Below are positions 32,654 to 44,095 of a DNA stretch of 64,000 bases, one piece after another. Numbering within the stretch: the stretch's first letter is position 1; each line of letters starts with the position of its first letter. Under the pieces are notes generated by a model. It saw only the letters and a program-made list of their open reading frames with translations, made no database searches and had not been told where the DNA came from. Source of the DNA: Gemmatimonadaceae bacterium (GTDB lineage: Bacteria; Gemmatimonadota; Gemmatimonadetes; Gemmatimonadales; Gemmatimonadaceae); contig DASYIM010000092.1 in assembly GCA_035997625.1 (NCBI GenBank), forward strand, positions 51,793-115,792, given 5' to 3'. Position numbers and translations under genes: made by a program.

Positions 32654-33233
32654 AGCCGCGCTCTTTGCGAGCGCCATTCCCGTTCCCGCCGATGCGTTGC
32701 GCCTGATGGCCGCGCACGCCGAGGACGGTGAGAATACCCTCGAAGCGGCGCTCGAAGAGCTGCGCCTTCATTACGACGAAGGGGAACACGGTGTCGAGCT
32801 GGTGGAAGTGGCCGGCGGCTGGCAGATCCTTACCCGCCCTGAGTACACCGAAGCCATCGAGCGTGTCCAGCTCGCGGCGAGGCCGCAGCGGCTTTCCGCC
32901 GCGGCGCTGGAGACGCTGGCGATCATCGCTTATCGGCAGCCGATCGGCCGTGCGGAAATCGAGGAGATCCGCGGCGTCGGCGCCGGTGCCATTCTCAAGT
33001 CGCTGCACGAGCGCGGGCTGATCGACGTTGTCGGTCGCGGAGAGGGCCTCGGCCGTCCGCTGCTTTACGGGACGACCGGATCATTTCTCGAGCAGTTTGC
33101 GCTGCGACATCTCGAGGAGCTGCCGCGCGCCGACGAGCTGGCGATTGCACTGCGCGCTCCGCGTCACGCCACACCCACTGGAGCAGCTGTACCGGCCAAA
33201 GGCAACGGCGAGGCGCCCCCCCGGGCAGACTGA
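32628..33233 (+). CDS. scpB: SMC-Scp complex subunit ScpB
   Basis: LEAALFAS, ETLAIIAYRQPI..EIEEIRGV, GRPLLYGTT; GTG start at 32628. Confidence 0.93.
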   Translation: MTPLAKLLEAALFASAIPVPADALRLMAAHAEDGENTLEAALEELRLHYDEGEHGVELVEVAGGWQILTRPEYTEAIERVQLAARPQRLSAAALETLAIIAYRQPIGRAEIEEIRGVGAGAILKSLHERGLIDVVGRGEGLGRPLLYGTTGSFLEQFALRHLEELPRADELAIALRAPRHATPTGAAVPAKGNGEAPPRAD

Positions 33234-33989
33234 TGCCCGAGACAATGCGGATTCAGCGCGCGATCGCGCGCGCCGGAGTCGCTTCTCGCCGTGCCGCCGA
33301 CGAGCTCGTGGCGTCGGGCCGGGTGCGAATCAATGGACGCGTCGCCGTGATTGGTCAGAGTGTCGATCCGGCGCGCGACGAGATTCTAGTCGACGGAAAG
33401 CCTGTCTCCGCTCCTTCATCAGAGGCGCGGTGGCTGGTGCTCAACAAACCGACAGGCGTTCTCACCACCCGGTCCGACCCAGGCGGACGTAAGACCGTGT
33501 TCGACATCATCGAAGACAGCCCCGGTATGACCTACGTCGGCCGGCTCGATTACATGACGGAAGGCGTGCTTCTCCTGACCAATGACGGTGAAGCGGCGCA
33601 CAAATTGACTCATCCCAGCGGCGAAGTAGAACGCTCGTACCTGGCGACCGTGCGCGGCGATGGCGCCGCGGCGGCACGAGCCGCGATGAAGGGTGTAGAG
33701 CTGGAGGACGGCGTGGTGTTGCCGAGGCAATTTCTCGCGCGGCGCGTTGGACGCGGCACCTGGGAGCTTCAGATCACTATCGCGGAGGGAAGGACAAGAG
33801 AGGTAAGGAGGCTGTGCGAGGCGCTGGACCTTCAGGTGGATCGTCTGGTGCGGATCAAGTTCGGGCCCGTGAAACTCGGGCAGTTGCCGACGGGCAAGAC
33901 TCGGCAATTGACGGCACGGGAAAAGGAAATCATCACCGCGCTCACGAAGAGCGGCGGCACTGGAAAGAACACAACGAGAGGAACGAGAC

Positions 33990-34018
<29 letters not shown>
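33233..34018 (+). CDS. rluB: rRNA pseudouridine synthase (RluB/RsuA family)
   Basis: S4 domain ASRR, GRLD, EGRTREVRR; usual position after scpB. Confidence 0.85.
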
Positions 34019-34960
<942 letters not shown>

Positions 34961-34964
<4 letters not shown>

Positions 34965-35908
34965 TCGGACTTTTTCGTCGTCGTCGCCGCAAGGAGCCGC
35001 CGAAACGAACGCCTGAGAAACCGATGGGCGTGCCGCCGGAGATACTCCGGCAGGTAAAGCTGATCGAGCTTCGCACGCGCGGATTGGTCAACTCCGTTTT
35101 CACCGGCGAATACCGGTCGGTGTTCAAAGGGCAGGGGATGGAATTCTCTGAAGTCCGGGAATACCAGCCGGGCGACGAAGTGCGCTCGATCGACTGGAAC
35201 GTTACGGCGCGGATGCGCCGTCCATTCGTGAAGCGTTACATCGAGGAGCGCGAGCTCACCGTGATGCTGGTCGTCGACCTCTCTGGATCCGAGCGATTCG
35301 GGACGGTAAAGCGGTTCAAAAGTGAGCTGGCGAGTGAGCTGGCGGCAGTACTGGCGATGTCGGCAATCCGCAACAATGATCGGGTCGGCGTGCTTCTGTT
35401 CACCGATCGGATCGAGCACGTGATTCCGCCGCGAAAAGGACGCCGGCACGTCCTGAGGATCATTCGCGATCTGCTGGCTTTCGAGCCGGTGGGCACGGGC
35501 ACCGACATGGTGCGCGCCATCGACTACGTCGCGCGGATGCTCAACGAGCACGCCATCGTGTTCATCGTCTCCGATTTTCTGGAAGACGACATCTCGCACC
35601 CGCTGAAGCTGTTGGCGCAGCGACATGATGTCGTGGCGGTAACGGTCGAAGATCCGAGTGAGCGGGATCTCCCCAACATCGGAATCGCGCGGCTCGTCGA
35701 TCCGGAAAGTGGTGAAACGTTCGAAGTGGACACCAGTAGCCCAATCGTCCGCACTACCTACTCGGACCGGGTCCTGGCGGAGCGCGAAGAGCGGAAGCAT
35801 TTGCTGCGGCGCCTGGCAATCGATGAAGTTGCTGTTCGTACCGAAGGAGGAGTCGTCGAGCCGTTGCTCCGATTCTTCCGCACCCGCGAAACGCGGCGGC
35901 GGCGGTGA
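34961..35908 (+). CDS. DUF58 protein
   Basis: GMEFSEVREYQPGDEVRSIDWNVTAR. Confidence 0.93.
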
Positions 35909-36858
35909 GCTTCCTCGGTCTTTTTCTCTTCCTGCTGCAGGCTGTTGCGCCGCAGATTCCCGCGACGGCGCAGCAGGACCTGCCGGTGCAGATGGGGTTT
36001 CGTGTCAGCCCCGACACTGTCCTGATCGGGCAGCCGTTCTCCCTGTTCATCAAGGTTCTCGCGCCAAAAGGCGTGCGCTTCGAGTTTCCCGCCGGACCGG
36101 ATACGGCTTCCGCGAACGGCGTGCATCCGGTCGAGCTAAGCGGCGAGAAGGTCGTCACCATGCTCGGAGACACGGCCCTTGCGCTGTATCACCTGACGGC
36201 GTGGGACATCGGCACGCAATCGCTCCGATTCCCGGATGTGCGAGTCACTTACGGGGGACAGGAGCGACGACCATCCCTCGCCGGGGCGTCGGTCTTCGTG
36301 AAGTCCGTCCTGCCGGCGGACACGTCCCTGCGTGTGCCGAAACCGGCTCGCCCAATCATTGTGCTCCCGGTTTTCAACTGGTTGCGCTGGCTGGCGATAG
36401 CCGCCGCAGTGGCGGCGCTAATCCTCGGCTGGTGGGTCTGGAGACGATACCGCAATCGGCCAAAGCCCCCGATCGACCCCTATGTGAGAGCGCAGCAGGA
36501 GTTCGCGAGAATCGAGACGCGTCGCCTGATCGAAACCGGGGAGCCGGAGGAATACGTCGCGTCGATGGTGGACGTGACGCGCGAGTACCTCGCGGCCCGG
36601 GTGAAGGGAGTTCGGAGGTCGAACACCTCTGGCGAGCTTTTGAGAACGATGCAGCCCCGCGACGGCGTGGAAAGCGAGCTTCCGGGTCTTCTCGATCGCG
36701 CGGATCTGGTGAAATTTGCGCGCGGCGAAGTCGGTGAAGAGGACGCCAAAAGGGCCGGCACAGTGTTGAAGGCAATCGTCGATCACGTCGAAGCTCGCGT
36801 GAATCCTGAATCCGAAGTGGCCAAGCGGATTGCCGCAGCGAAGGGCCGCGCGGCATGA
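35905..36858 (+). CDS. Bat-operon-associated single-pass membrane protein
   Basis: Signal peptide, beta-rich domain, TM helix, ADLVKFA motif; coupled in the operon. Confidence 0.75.
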   Translation: MSFLGLFLFLLQAVAPQIPATAQQDLPVQMGFRVSPDTVLIGQPFSLFIKVLAPKGVRFEFPAGPDTASANGVHPVELSGEKVVTMLGDTALALYHLTAWDIGTQSLRFPDVRVTYGGQERRPSLAGASVFVKSVLPADTSLRVPKPARPIIVLPVFNWLRWLAIAAAVAALILGWWVWRRYRNRPKPPIDPYVRAQQEFARIETRRLIETGEPEEYVASMVDVTREYLAARVKGVRRSNTSGELLRTMQPRDGVESELPGLLDRADLVKFARGEVGEEDAKRAGTVLKAIVDHVEARVNPESEVAKRIAAAKGRAA

Positions 36859-37850
36859 ACGTGTTCGGACTCTTTGAGTTTTACACGCCGGAAGCACTGT
36901 GGCTTTTGCTGCTGTTGCCCGCCTGGTGGCTGTGGAGGCGGTATCGCCGGCGAGACGCCATCGTGTTTTCCAGAACATCGGTTCTCGCAGCCGGTCCTCG
37001 CGTTGGCAGCTGGGTGCCACCGGCGATCTTCACGCTGCGAAATCTCGCCCTCGCCTCGCTCATAGTGGCCCTGGCGCGTCCGCGCTCCGGCGCGCACACC
37101 GAAACTCAGACCAGCGAGGGAATCAACATTGTCCTCGTCATCGACCTCTCGAGCTCGATGCTTGCCCTCGATTTCCGTCCCAATAACCGAATCGAAGTCG
37201 CCAAGGACAAAGTCAAACAGTTTATCGCACGTCGCACGTCTGACCGGATAGGTGTCGTGGCATTCGCCGGCGAAGCGCTGACGCAGGTACCGCTTACCAC
37301 CGACTACCCGGTAGTGATGCAGGCGGTCTCCAACCTTCAGGCAGGCCAGCTTGAAGACGGAACCGCCATCGGAACGGCCATCGCGACGGCTGCCAATCGT
37401 CTTCGCGACGCACCCGGAAAGTCACGGGTGCTCATCCTCCTTACCGACGGCGTCAATAATCGCGGCACGGTCGAGCCGCTGGTTGCCGCCAAGGCTGCCG
37501 AGGCGTACGGGATAAAGATCTACGGCATCGGAGTCGGCAGTGCCGGCATGGCACCGGTTCCGGTCGGGCGGAATGCCGCCGGCGGCCTGCGCTACGAGTA
37601 CCAGCCGGTCGAGATCGACGAAGTCTTGCTGAGCAACATCGCCCGCATGACGGGCGGGAGATACTTCCGCGCCCGCGACGCGGCGGCCCTCCAGAACATC
37701 TATTCTTACATTGATCAGATGGAGCGTGCGCCGGTACACTCGACAACCGTCGTGCGATACAGAGAGCTGTTCAGGTGGCCGCTGGCCATCGGCTTGCTGG
37801 CGCTGCTCGCCGAGCTCTTTATCGTCGCCTGGAAGGCGCCACTCCCATGA
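36855..37850 (+). CDS. vWA domain protein, BatA-like
   Basis: ALARP, MIDAS DLSSSM, PLTTD, GTAIG, LLTDG. Confidence 0.92.
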   Translation: MNVFGLFEFYTPEALWLLLLLPAWWLWRRYRRRDAIVFSRTSVLAAGPRVGSWVPPAIFTLRNLALASLIVALARPRSGAHTETQTSEGINIVLVIDLSSSMLALDFRPNNRIEVAKDKVKQFIARRTSDRIGVVAFAGEALTQVPLTTDYPVVMQAVSNLQAGQLEDGTAIGTAIATAANRLRDAPGKSRVLILLTDGVNNRGTVEPLVAAKAAEAYGIKIYGIGVGSAGMAPVPVGRNAAGGLRYEYQPVEIDEVLLSNIARMTGGRYFRARDAAALQNIYSYIDQMERAPVHSTTVVRYRELFRWPLAIGLLALLAELFIVAWKAPLP

Positions 37851-39484
37851 TCTTCACGGAATACCTGCGATACGTGCAGTGGCCGTGGGCGCTAACGCTC
37901 GCGATCGTCTTGCCCGTTGCCGCGGCCTGGCTGGTTCGCCGCGGCCTGCGCGCTCGGCGCGAGCGACTGGCGCGCCTTGGAACACCGTCAATGGTGGCGC
38001 GACTGGCGCCGTCTGTTACGCAGCAACGAACATCGTCCGCGATCGTGCGGACTGGTTTGGCGACGCTCCTGCTCGGACTCGCCATCGCCGGTCCGCGCTG
38101 GGGCGTCGAGCAGACGGTGGTCAAGCAACAGGGTGTCGATATAGTCCTTGCGCTCGATGCTTCACTCTCCATGCTCGCCACAGACGAGAAACCGAGCAGA
38201 CTCCAGGCGATGAAACAGGAAATCGACAGGCTGCGCGACCTCTCCCCGGGCGATCGCTTCGGCCTTCTCGCCTTCGCCGGGCGCAGCTATATCCTGACGC
38301 CGCTCACGGTTGACAACAGCGCCCTCGATTTATTTTTGCAGAATCTCGATCCGTCGATCGTTGGGCAGGGAGGAAGCTCTCTGGCGTCGGCGCTACGCCA
38401 GGCGACTAATCTTCTGGCCCTCAACAAGGCTCTGGGCGATAAGGCGATCATCCTGATGAGCGATGGCGAAGGGTTCGACAACCCCGACGAGGTGCTGTCC
38501 GAGGCGCGACGCGCGCACCAGCTTGGTTTCACCATCATCACCGTCGGCTTCGGCACTCCAGAAGGGTCGACGATTCCAATAATCGAGAACCGGGTCGTTA
38601 CGCAGAAAAAAGATGAGAACGGAAATGTCGTCGTGACCCACTACGATCCCGCTCTATTAAAGGCGATCGCGGATGAGTCCAAAGGCGTGTTCGTCGACGC
38701 GCGCACGCCCGATAAGGCGGGGAAAATCCGGGCAGCCCTCAACAGTCTGCGCGCCAATCCTCGTTCCGTCGTCTCAGGAGAAAACCTCGGTATACAGTTC
38801 CAGTGGTTCGTGCTGGCCGCGCTGATTTTTCTTGGGCTCGACACATTCCTGCAGACGAAGCGGCGCCGCAGACGGGCAGTCGCTGCGGCCGCTACTACCG
38901 CGACAATGCTGCTGTTGACGACGACATCCTGCAGACGAGAGCCGCGCGACAAGCCGGCCATCGCGCTCTACAACACCGGCACCGAGCTGCTGGTTCGTGA
39001 TTCGCTCAGGCAGGCGGTGGCGCCGCTCACCAAAGCCGTGGATTCAAAGGACGCCGAGGTACGCCACCACTCCCGCTTCAACCTTGGGCTGGACTACCTG
39101 GTGCAGGGACTCAGGGCCAAGGATTCAGCCGACGCGCCACTGGACAGCGCGCTCTATCGCAACAAGCAGATCCTCGAGGTGGCGGTGGCGGATTCGGATG
39201 CTCGCTGGAACTACGAGCTCGCACTGCGAAAGAAGAAGAAAGGAGGTGGGGGAGGCGGTGGTGGTGCTGGTGGGGGCGGCGGTGGTGGTGGAGGCCAGAG
39301 TAAAACCCCGACACCAGCGCCGGCGCAGAGTCCCAATCAGGCGACCGCACCCAAGCCGGTGCCCGGCATGACTCCGCAGCAGGCGGAGGCCGTCCTCAAC
39401 GCGGCCGAGGACAAGGAGACCGACGTTCAGGGAAAGCGACAGAAGAAAAACGTCCCCACTCCGCCGAGGGGCAAGGATTGGTAG
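37847..39484 (+). CDS. vWA plus TPR-like protein (BatB/BatC-like fusion)
   Basis: DASLSM MIDAS, PLT.D, SDGE, ARWNYELA, C-terminal KDW. Confidence 0.85.
   Translation: MIFTEYLRYVQWPWALTLAIVLPVAAAWLVRRGLRARRERLARLGTPSMVARLAPSVTQQRTSSAIVRTGLATLLLGLAIAGPRWGVEQTVVKQQGVDIVLALDASLSMLATDEKPSRLQAMKQEIDRLRDLSPGDRFGLLAFAGRSYILTPLTVDNSALDLFLQNLDPSIVGQGGSSLASALRQATNLLALNKALGDKAIILMSDGEGFDNPDEVLSEARRAHQLGFTIITVGFGTPEGSTIPIIENRVVTQKKDENGNVVVTHYDPALLKAIADESKGVFVDARTPDKAGKIRAALNSLRANPRSVVSGENLGIQFQWFVLAALIFLGLDTFLQTKRRRRRAVAAAATTATMLLLTTTSCRREPRDKPAIALYNTGTELLVRDSLRQAVAPLTKAVDSKDAEVRHHSRFNLGLDYLVQGLRAKDSADAPLDSALYRNKQILEVAVADSDARWNYELALRKKKKGGGGGGGGAGGGGGGGGGQSKTPTPAPAQSPNQATAPKPVPGMTPQQAEAVLNAAEDKETDVQGKRQKKNVPTPPRGKDW
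39242..39295 (+). repeat. Poly-Gly tract (G8-A-G9) inside the BatB/C-like gene
   Basis: GGN codon run following KKKK. Confidence 0.9.
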
Positions 39485-39497
39485 CTTGGGTATCGCC

Positions 39498-41249
39498 ATG
39501 CCGGTGATCTCGATTCTTCCAGCCGCCGTAGCAGATCAAATCGCCGCAGGCGAGGTCGTCGAGCGCCCTTCTTCGGTCGTCAAGGAGCTCGTCGAAAACG
39601 CGATTGATGCCGGTGCGACGAGTATCGAAGTCACACTCGAGGACGGGGGTCGCAAGTTGATCCGCGTCAGCGACGATGGCTCCGGCATGTCGGCGGAAGA
39701 TGTTCCCCTGGCGCTGGCGCGACATGGAACGTCGAAAATCCGACAGGCGGCTGATCTGGTTGGTGTATCGACTTTTGGTTTCCGGGGCGAGGCGCTCCCC
39801 GCTATAGCTTCGGTTTCCAACTTCGAGATCGCCACGGCAGCCGCCGACGGGGAGGGTACATCGACGCTCGTCACCGGCGGCAGGATCTCGGGGTCCGAGC
39901 GAATTGCACGACGGCGCGGCACGACCGTCAGCGTCGGACAGCTTTTCTACAACATTCCGGCGCGTCTCAAGTTCCTGCGCAGCGCGCGATCGGAGTGGCG
40001 GAGCACGGTGGAATCGCTCACCGCTCTGGCGCTGACGCAGCCGGCCGTCCGCATCCACGTCTCCCACGACGGCAAGAATGCGTTGACGCTTCCCCCGGTG
40101 ACGAGCGTCCGCTCCCGACTTGGCACGATATGGGGCGGACGTTACGCCGAGGATCTGCTGGACGTCGATGATGTCACCGGCGCCATTCATACCAGCGGGT
40201 TGGTGCAGCGGCCGGGGGACGTAGGTACTTCGACGCGTCGCATTTTTTTGTCCGTCAATGGCCGCGCCGTTCGTGACGGAGGGATCTCGCGCGCCGTCGA
40301 AGCGGCCTATCGCTCGACGATTGTCGCTGGAGTTCGGCCGTCTTTCTTCCTGAATGTGACACTGCCGGCGGAGATGGTCGACGTCAACGTGCATCCGGCC
40401 AAAGCCGAAGTTCGCTTCCGTGATCGCTGGCCAGTCGAGCGCGCCGTGGAGACCGCGGTGAGAAGAGCGCTTGGCACATTTGACAGCGCCGCGTCGCTTG
40501 GATTCAGGGGATCGAGTTTCAGTCTCCGAAACACCGGGCCGTTGACGGTCGACTCCGAAGTATTGCGTCCGCGCTCCGACGAATCGCCGCTGTTCGCGAC
40601 CGGCGACGGATCCGGCCGGAGTGGACCCGCTCAATCGGCCGCCGGTGTTTCGGCGGATGTGGGTAACGTCACGGAGCAGGTCATTCCACCGCTCTTTCAG
40701 CTGCGTCGAACCTACATTGGGTTCGAGCATGAAGACGGACTCGTTCTAATCGATCAACATTCGGCGCACGAGCGCGTCCTGTACGAGCAGTTCATGCGGA
40801 CTCTGGAGAGTGGCGCGGCACCGGCGCAGCGACTGCTTCTCCCGCTGACGCTGCACCTGGGGCCGGCGGAGGGCGAGGCGTTTGATGCCAACCGCGACTA
40901 TCTCGAGCGCCTCGGCTTCGAGGTCGAGGGCTTCGGCGGACACACGCTCATCGTCAACACGGTGCCGATGCCGCACTCACGGTTCGATGCCGAGCGTTGT
41001 CTGCGGGAGACGCTCGATTCGCTAACCGGAGACCGCGTGGCCGGCGCTGCCGCCAGACACGAGAGGCTGGCGGCGACCGTTGCGTGCAAAGCCGCCATCA
41101 AGGCCGGCGAAGATCTGTCCCAGGGTGAGATGCGCTCGCTGTTCGCCGCATTGCGCGACACCACATTGCCGGCTCACGACGTTCACGGCCGGTCGACGAT
41201 CGTTCACTTGACCTGGGATGAAGTCGAGCGCCGCTTTGGCCGCCGATAG
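39498..41249 (+). CDS. mutL: DNA mismatch repair endonuclease MutL
   Basis: IAAGEVVERP, GFRGEAL, DVNVHPAK, DQHSAHERVLYE, ACKAA. Confidence 0.96.
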   Translation: MPVISILPAAVADQIAAGEVVERPSSVVKELVENAIDAGATSIEVTLEDGGRKLIRVSDDGSGMSAEDVPLALARHGTSKIRQAADLVGVSTFGFRGEALPAIASVSNFEIATAAADGEGTSTLVTGGRISGSERIARRRGTTVSVGQLFYNIPARLKFLRSARSEWRSTVESLTALALTQPAVRIHVSHDGKNALTLPPVTSVRSRLGTIWGGRYAEDLLDVDDVTGAIHTSGLVQRPGDVGTSTRRIFLSVNGRAVRDGGISRAVEAAYRSTIVAGVRPSFFLNVTLPAEMVDVNVHPAKAEVRFRDRWPVERAVETAVRRALGTFDSAASLGFRGSSFSLRNTGPLTVDSEVLRPRSDESPLFATGDGSGRSGPAQSAAGVSADVGNVTEQVIPPLFQLRRTYIGFEHEDGLVLIDQHSAHERVLYEQFMRTLESGAAPAQRLLLPLTLHLGPAEGEAFDANRDYLERLGFEVEGFGGHTLIVNTVPMPHSRFDAERCLRETLDSLTGDRVAGAAARHERLAATVACKAAIKAGEDLSQGEMRSLFAALRDTTLPAHDVHGRSTIVHLTWDEVERRFGRR

Positions 41250-42159
41250 GCTGAGAATCATCTGCGGGCCCACCGCCGCGGGAAAATCCGGAATCGCCCT
41301 CGAGCTGGCGGCGGAACACAACGCCGCGATCGTGAGCGCCGATTCGCGCCAGGTCTACTGTTATTTCGACATCGGCACCGCGAAACCGACGCGACGGGAG
41401 TGCGAGCAGGCGACCCACTACGGAGTGGACGTCATTGAGCCGACCGAGCGCTATTCCGCGGCGCGCTGGGCCGGCGACACGGAAGTCTGGATGGAGTGCG
41501 CAGCGGAGATCGACAAACCGGCAATGGTCGTCGGGGGTACGGGCCTCTACGTCAAGGCGCTCGTCGAGCCGCTTTTCGATGCGCCCGAGATCGACTCCAT
41601 CCGTCGAGCACAGCTCGAACAGGAGCTCGAAGGCAGACCTCTCGACGATCTTCGACGTTGGTGCGGTCAGCTCGATCCAGCGCGCGCGCACCTCGGTCGG
41701 GCTCAGCTCACCCGCGCGATAGAGACAGTCGTCCTGGCCGGGGTGCGAATCAGTGATCTGCACGCCGAGCACCGCAGATCCGTACCGGTGAAGAGTGATC
41801 CGCAGCCCTCATATCTCGTAGTCGATCCAGGTCCAGGCCTTGCTCGACGAATCGAGGAACGCGTCGACGCAATGCTGAAAGGTGGCTGGGCAGAGGAAGT
41901 TCGGGAGCTAATCGACAGAGTTCCCGCTGATGCGCCCGCCTGGAAGGCGAGCGGTTACGTGGCAGTCCGCGACTACGTAGAAGGCGGATGCGATTTGTCA
42001 TCAGCCAGACAGCGGGTCATAATTGAGACGCGACAGTACGCGAAGCGACAGCGTACGTGGTTCAGACATCAACTGCCGGCAGCGGCAGTCACACCCGTAA
42101 ATCCTGAAGACTCTCAAGCCCGTGCCGTAGTCCGAGAGTGGTGGGAGAGAGCTGAGTGA
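41236..42159 (+). CDS. miaA: tRNA dimethylallyltransferase
   Basis: GPTAAGKS, DSRQVY, IGTAKP, VGGTGLY, YAKRQRTWF; start 41218 or 41236. Confidence 0.95.
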   Translation: MAADRLRIICGPTAAGKSGIALELAAEHNAAIVSADSRQVYCYFDIGTAKPTRRECEQATHYGVDVIEPTERYSAARWAGDTEVWMECAAEIDKPAMVVGGTGLYVKALVEPLFDAPEIDSIRRAQLEQELEGRPLDDLRRWCGQLDPARAHLGRAQLTRAIETVVLAGVRISDLHAEHRRSVPVKSDPQPSYLVVDPGPGLARRIEERVDAMLKGGWAEEVRELIDRVPADAPAWKASGYVAVRDYVEGGCDLSSARQRVIIETRQYAKRQRTWFRHQLPAAAVTPVNPEDSQARAVVREWWERAE

Positions 42160-43289
42160 AGATAGGCATTACTTGTTATCCGACGTACGGCGGGTCCGGC
42201 GCCGTCGCCACCGAGCTGGGTATCGCTTTGGCGGAACGCGGACACGAAGTCCATTTCATCACTTATCGCCAGCCGTTTCGCCTGCCGTCATTCCTTCCTC
42301 GCATATTTTTTCACGAGGTCGACGTCGGCAGGTATCCGCTGTTCGAGTTTCCGCCATACGACCTCGCATTGGCGGTGCGCATGCACGAGGTGGTGCAGTC
42401 GCACGGACTGGAGCTGCTGCACTGTCATTACGCGATTCCACACGCGACCAGCGCGTGGATCGCGCGGGAGATGCTGCGCGAGTCGGGCAGAGATGTTCAG
42501 TTAATCACGACGCTGCACGGCACGGACATCACCATCGTCGGCCAGGACCCCTCGTTCTATCCGATTACCAAGTTTTCCATAGAGAAGTCTGACAGGATCA
42601 CGGCCGTCTCCCAATACCTGAAGGAAGAGACCTGCCGCGCCTTCGGCTGCGAGGGGCCGGAGATCGATGTGATTCACAACTTCATCGATCCCGACCTCTA
42701 CAATCGCGAGAAATATCCACCACTCCTGAAGCAGGAATTCGGCAAATCGAAATCGATCCTGATGCACGTCTCGAACTTTCGTACCGTAAAACGGGTTCGT
42801 GATGTCATCCGGATCTACGCCGAGGTGAATCGCGAGCACCCCAGCGTCCTGGTAATGGTCGGTGACGGGCCCGACCGGCCGGCCGCCGAAGAAGAAGCAC
42901 GCCTGCTCGGCGTCGAGAGCTCGGTCTCGTTCCTGGGAAAGCTCGACCAGATAGCGCCATTGCTCGCCGCGGCGGATCTTTTTCTCTTGCCCAGCCAAAA
43001 CGAGTCCTTCGGACTGAGCGCGCTGGAAGCGCTGGCTTCCGGCGTGCCGGTCGTCGGGACCAACGCGGGTGGCCTTCCCGAAGTCGTGCGCGAGGGAGAA
43101 ACGGGATTTCTCTGCGGGATCGGAGATGTCCCTGGCATGGCAGCGGCTGCCCTCAACATTCTCACGGATAAAAAGCGCTGGACGGAAATGAGCAAGCTCG
43201 CCGGCACTGATGCGCGCGAGCGGTTCGCTGAGGATGCAATCGTCAGCAAATACGAGCTTCTTTACCGCAACTCACTCCAAGCCACGTAA
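42156..43289 (+). CDS. bshA: N-acetyl-alpha-D-glucosaminyl L-malate synthase
   Basis: KIGITCYPTYGGSG, HYAIPHA, TTLHGTDIT, SNFR.VKR, ESFGL. Confidence 0.92.
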   Translation: MKIGITCYPTYGGSGAVATELGIALAERGHEVHFITYRQPFRLPSFLPRIFFHEVDVGRYPLFEFPPYDLALAVRMHEVVQSHGLELLHCHYAIPHATSAWIAREMLRESGRDVQLITTLHGTDITIVGQDPSFYPITKFSIEKSDRITAVSQYLKEETCRAFGCEGPEIDVIHNFIDPDLYNREKYPPLLKQEFGKSKSILMHVSNFRTVKRVRDVIRIYAEVNREHPSVLVMVGDGPDRPAAEEEARLLGVESSVSFLGKLDQIAPLLAAADLFLLPSQNESFGLSALEALASGVPVVGTNAGGLPEVVREGETGFLCGIGDVPGMAAAALNILTDKKRWTEMSKLAGTDARERFAEDAIVSKYELLYRNSLQAT

Positions 43290-43291
43290 TC

Positions 43292-44095
43292 ATGACCCCA
43301 TTTCAGGCGATCGCTCTCGGCGTCATTCAGGGACTGACGGAGTTTCTGCCAGTCAGCAGCTCCGCTCACCTGACTCTCGTACCGTGGCTCCTGGGGTGGG
43401 AAGACCCGGGTCTGTCATTCGATGTCGCTCTGCATTTCGGTACGCTGCTCGCCGTGCTCTGGTATTTCCGGATGGAATGGCTGCAGCTGATCAAGGCGGC
43501 GTTTGCCATTCTGACGACGGGAAGGGTCGAGACGCCCGAAAAGCGTCGCGTCGTCTATCTGATTATCGCCACGATTCCAGGCGCAATCGGAGGGCTTCTC
43601 CTGCAAAAGCAGGCTGAAACTGCGTTTCGCAGCCCGCAGATAATTGCGATCGCGCTCATCGTGATGGGTATCATTCTCTGGCTGGTCGACAAGGCAGTGG
43701 ATCAAAGGCGTATCCTCGGCGAGATGCGGTGGGTGGACGCGTTGCTGATCGGGCTGTCCCAGGTCATCGCGCTGATTCCTGGTGTGTCCCGCTCAGGCTC
43801 GACAATCACCGCCGCGCGCGGCCTCCGCTTCGATCGCGAAAGCGCCGCTGAATTCAGTTTTCTGATGAGCATGCCGATCATCGCAGCTGCGGTGATCCTC
43901 GAGGGTCCAAAGGCGCTGCACGAGGGCGGGCTCACCAACGAGCTGATGTCCGGCGTCGTCGCGTCAGCGATCAGTGGCTGGCTGGCCATCTCGATTCTGA
44001 TGCGTTACGTCAGTCGCCACAGCTACGGAATCTTTGCGTTCTACCGCGTCGTTTTCGGAATAGGTGTGCTGGCGGTGATCTACGCCCGCGGCTAG
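43292..44095 (+). CDS. uppP: Undecaprenyl-diphosphate phosphatase
   Basis: QGLTEFLPVSSSAH, PGVSRSGST. Confidence 0.95.
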   Translation: MTPFQAIALGVIQGLTEFLPVSSSAHLTLVPWLLGWEDPGLSFDVALHFGTLLAVLWYFRMEWLQLIKAAFAILTTGRVETPEKRRVVYLIIATIPGAIGGLLLQKQAETAFRSPQIIAIALIVMGIILWLVDKAVDQRRILGEMRWVDALLIGLSQVIALIPGVSRSGSTITAARGLRFDRESAAEFSFLMSMPIIAAAVILEGPKALHEGGLTNELMSGVVASAISGWLAISILMRYVSRHSYGIFAFYRVVFGIGVLAVIYARG

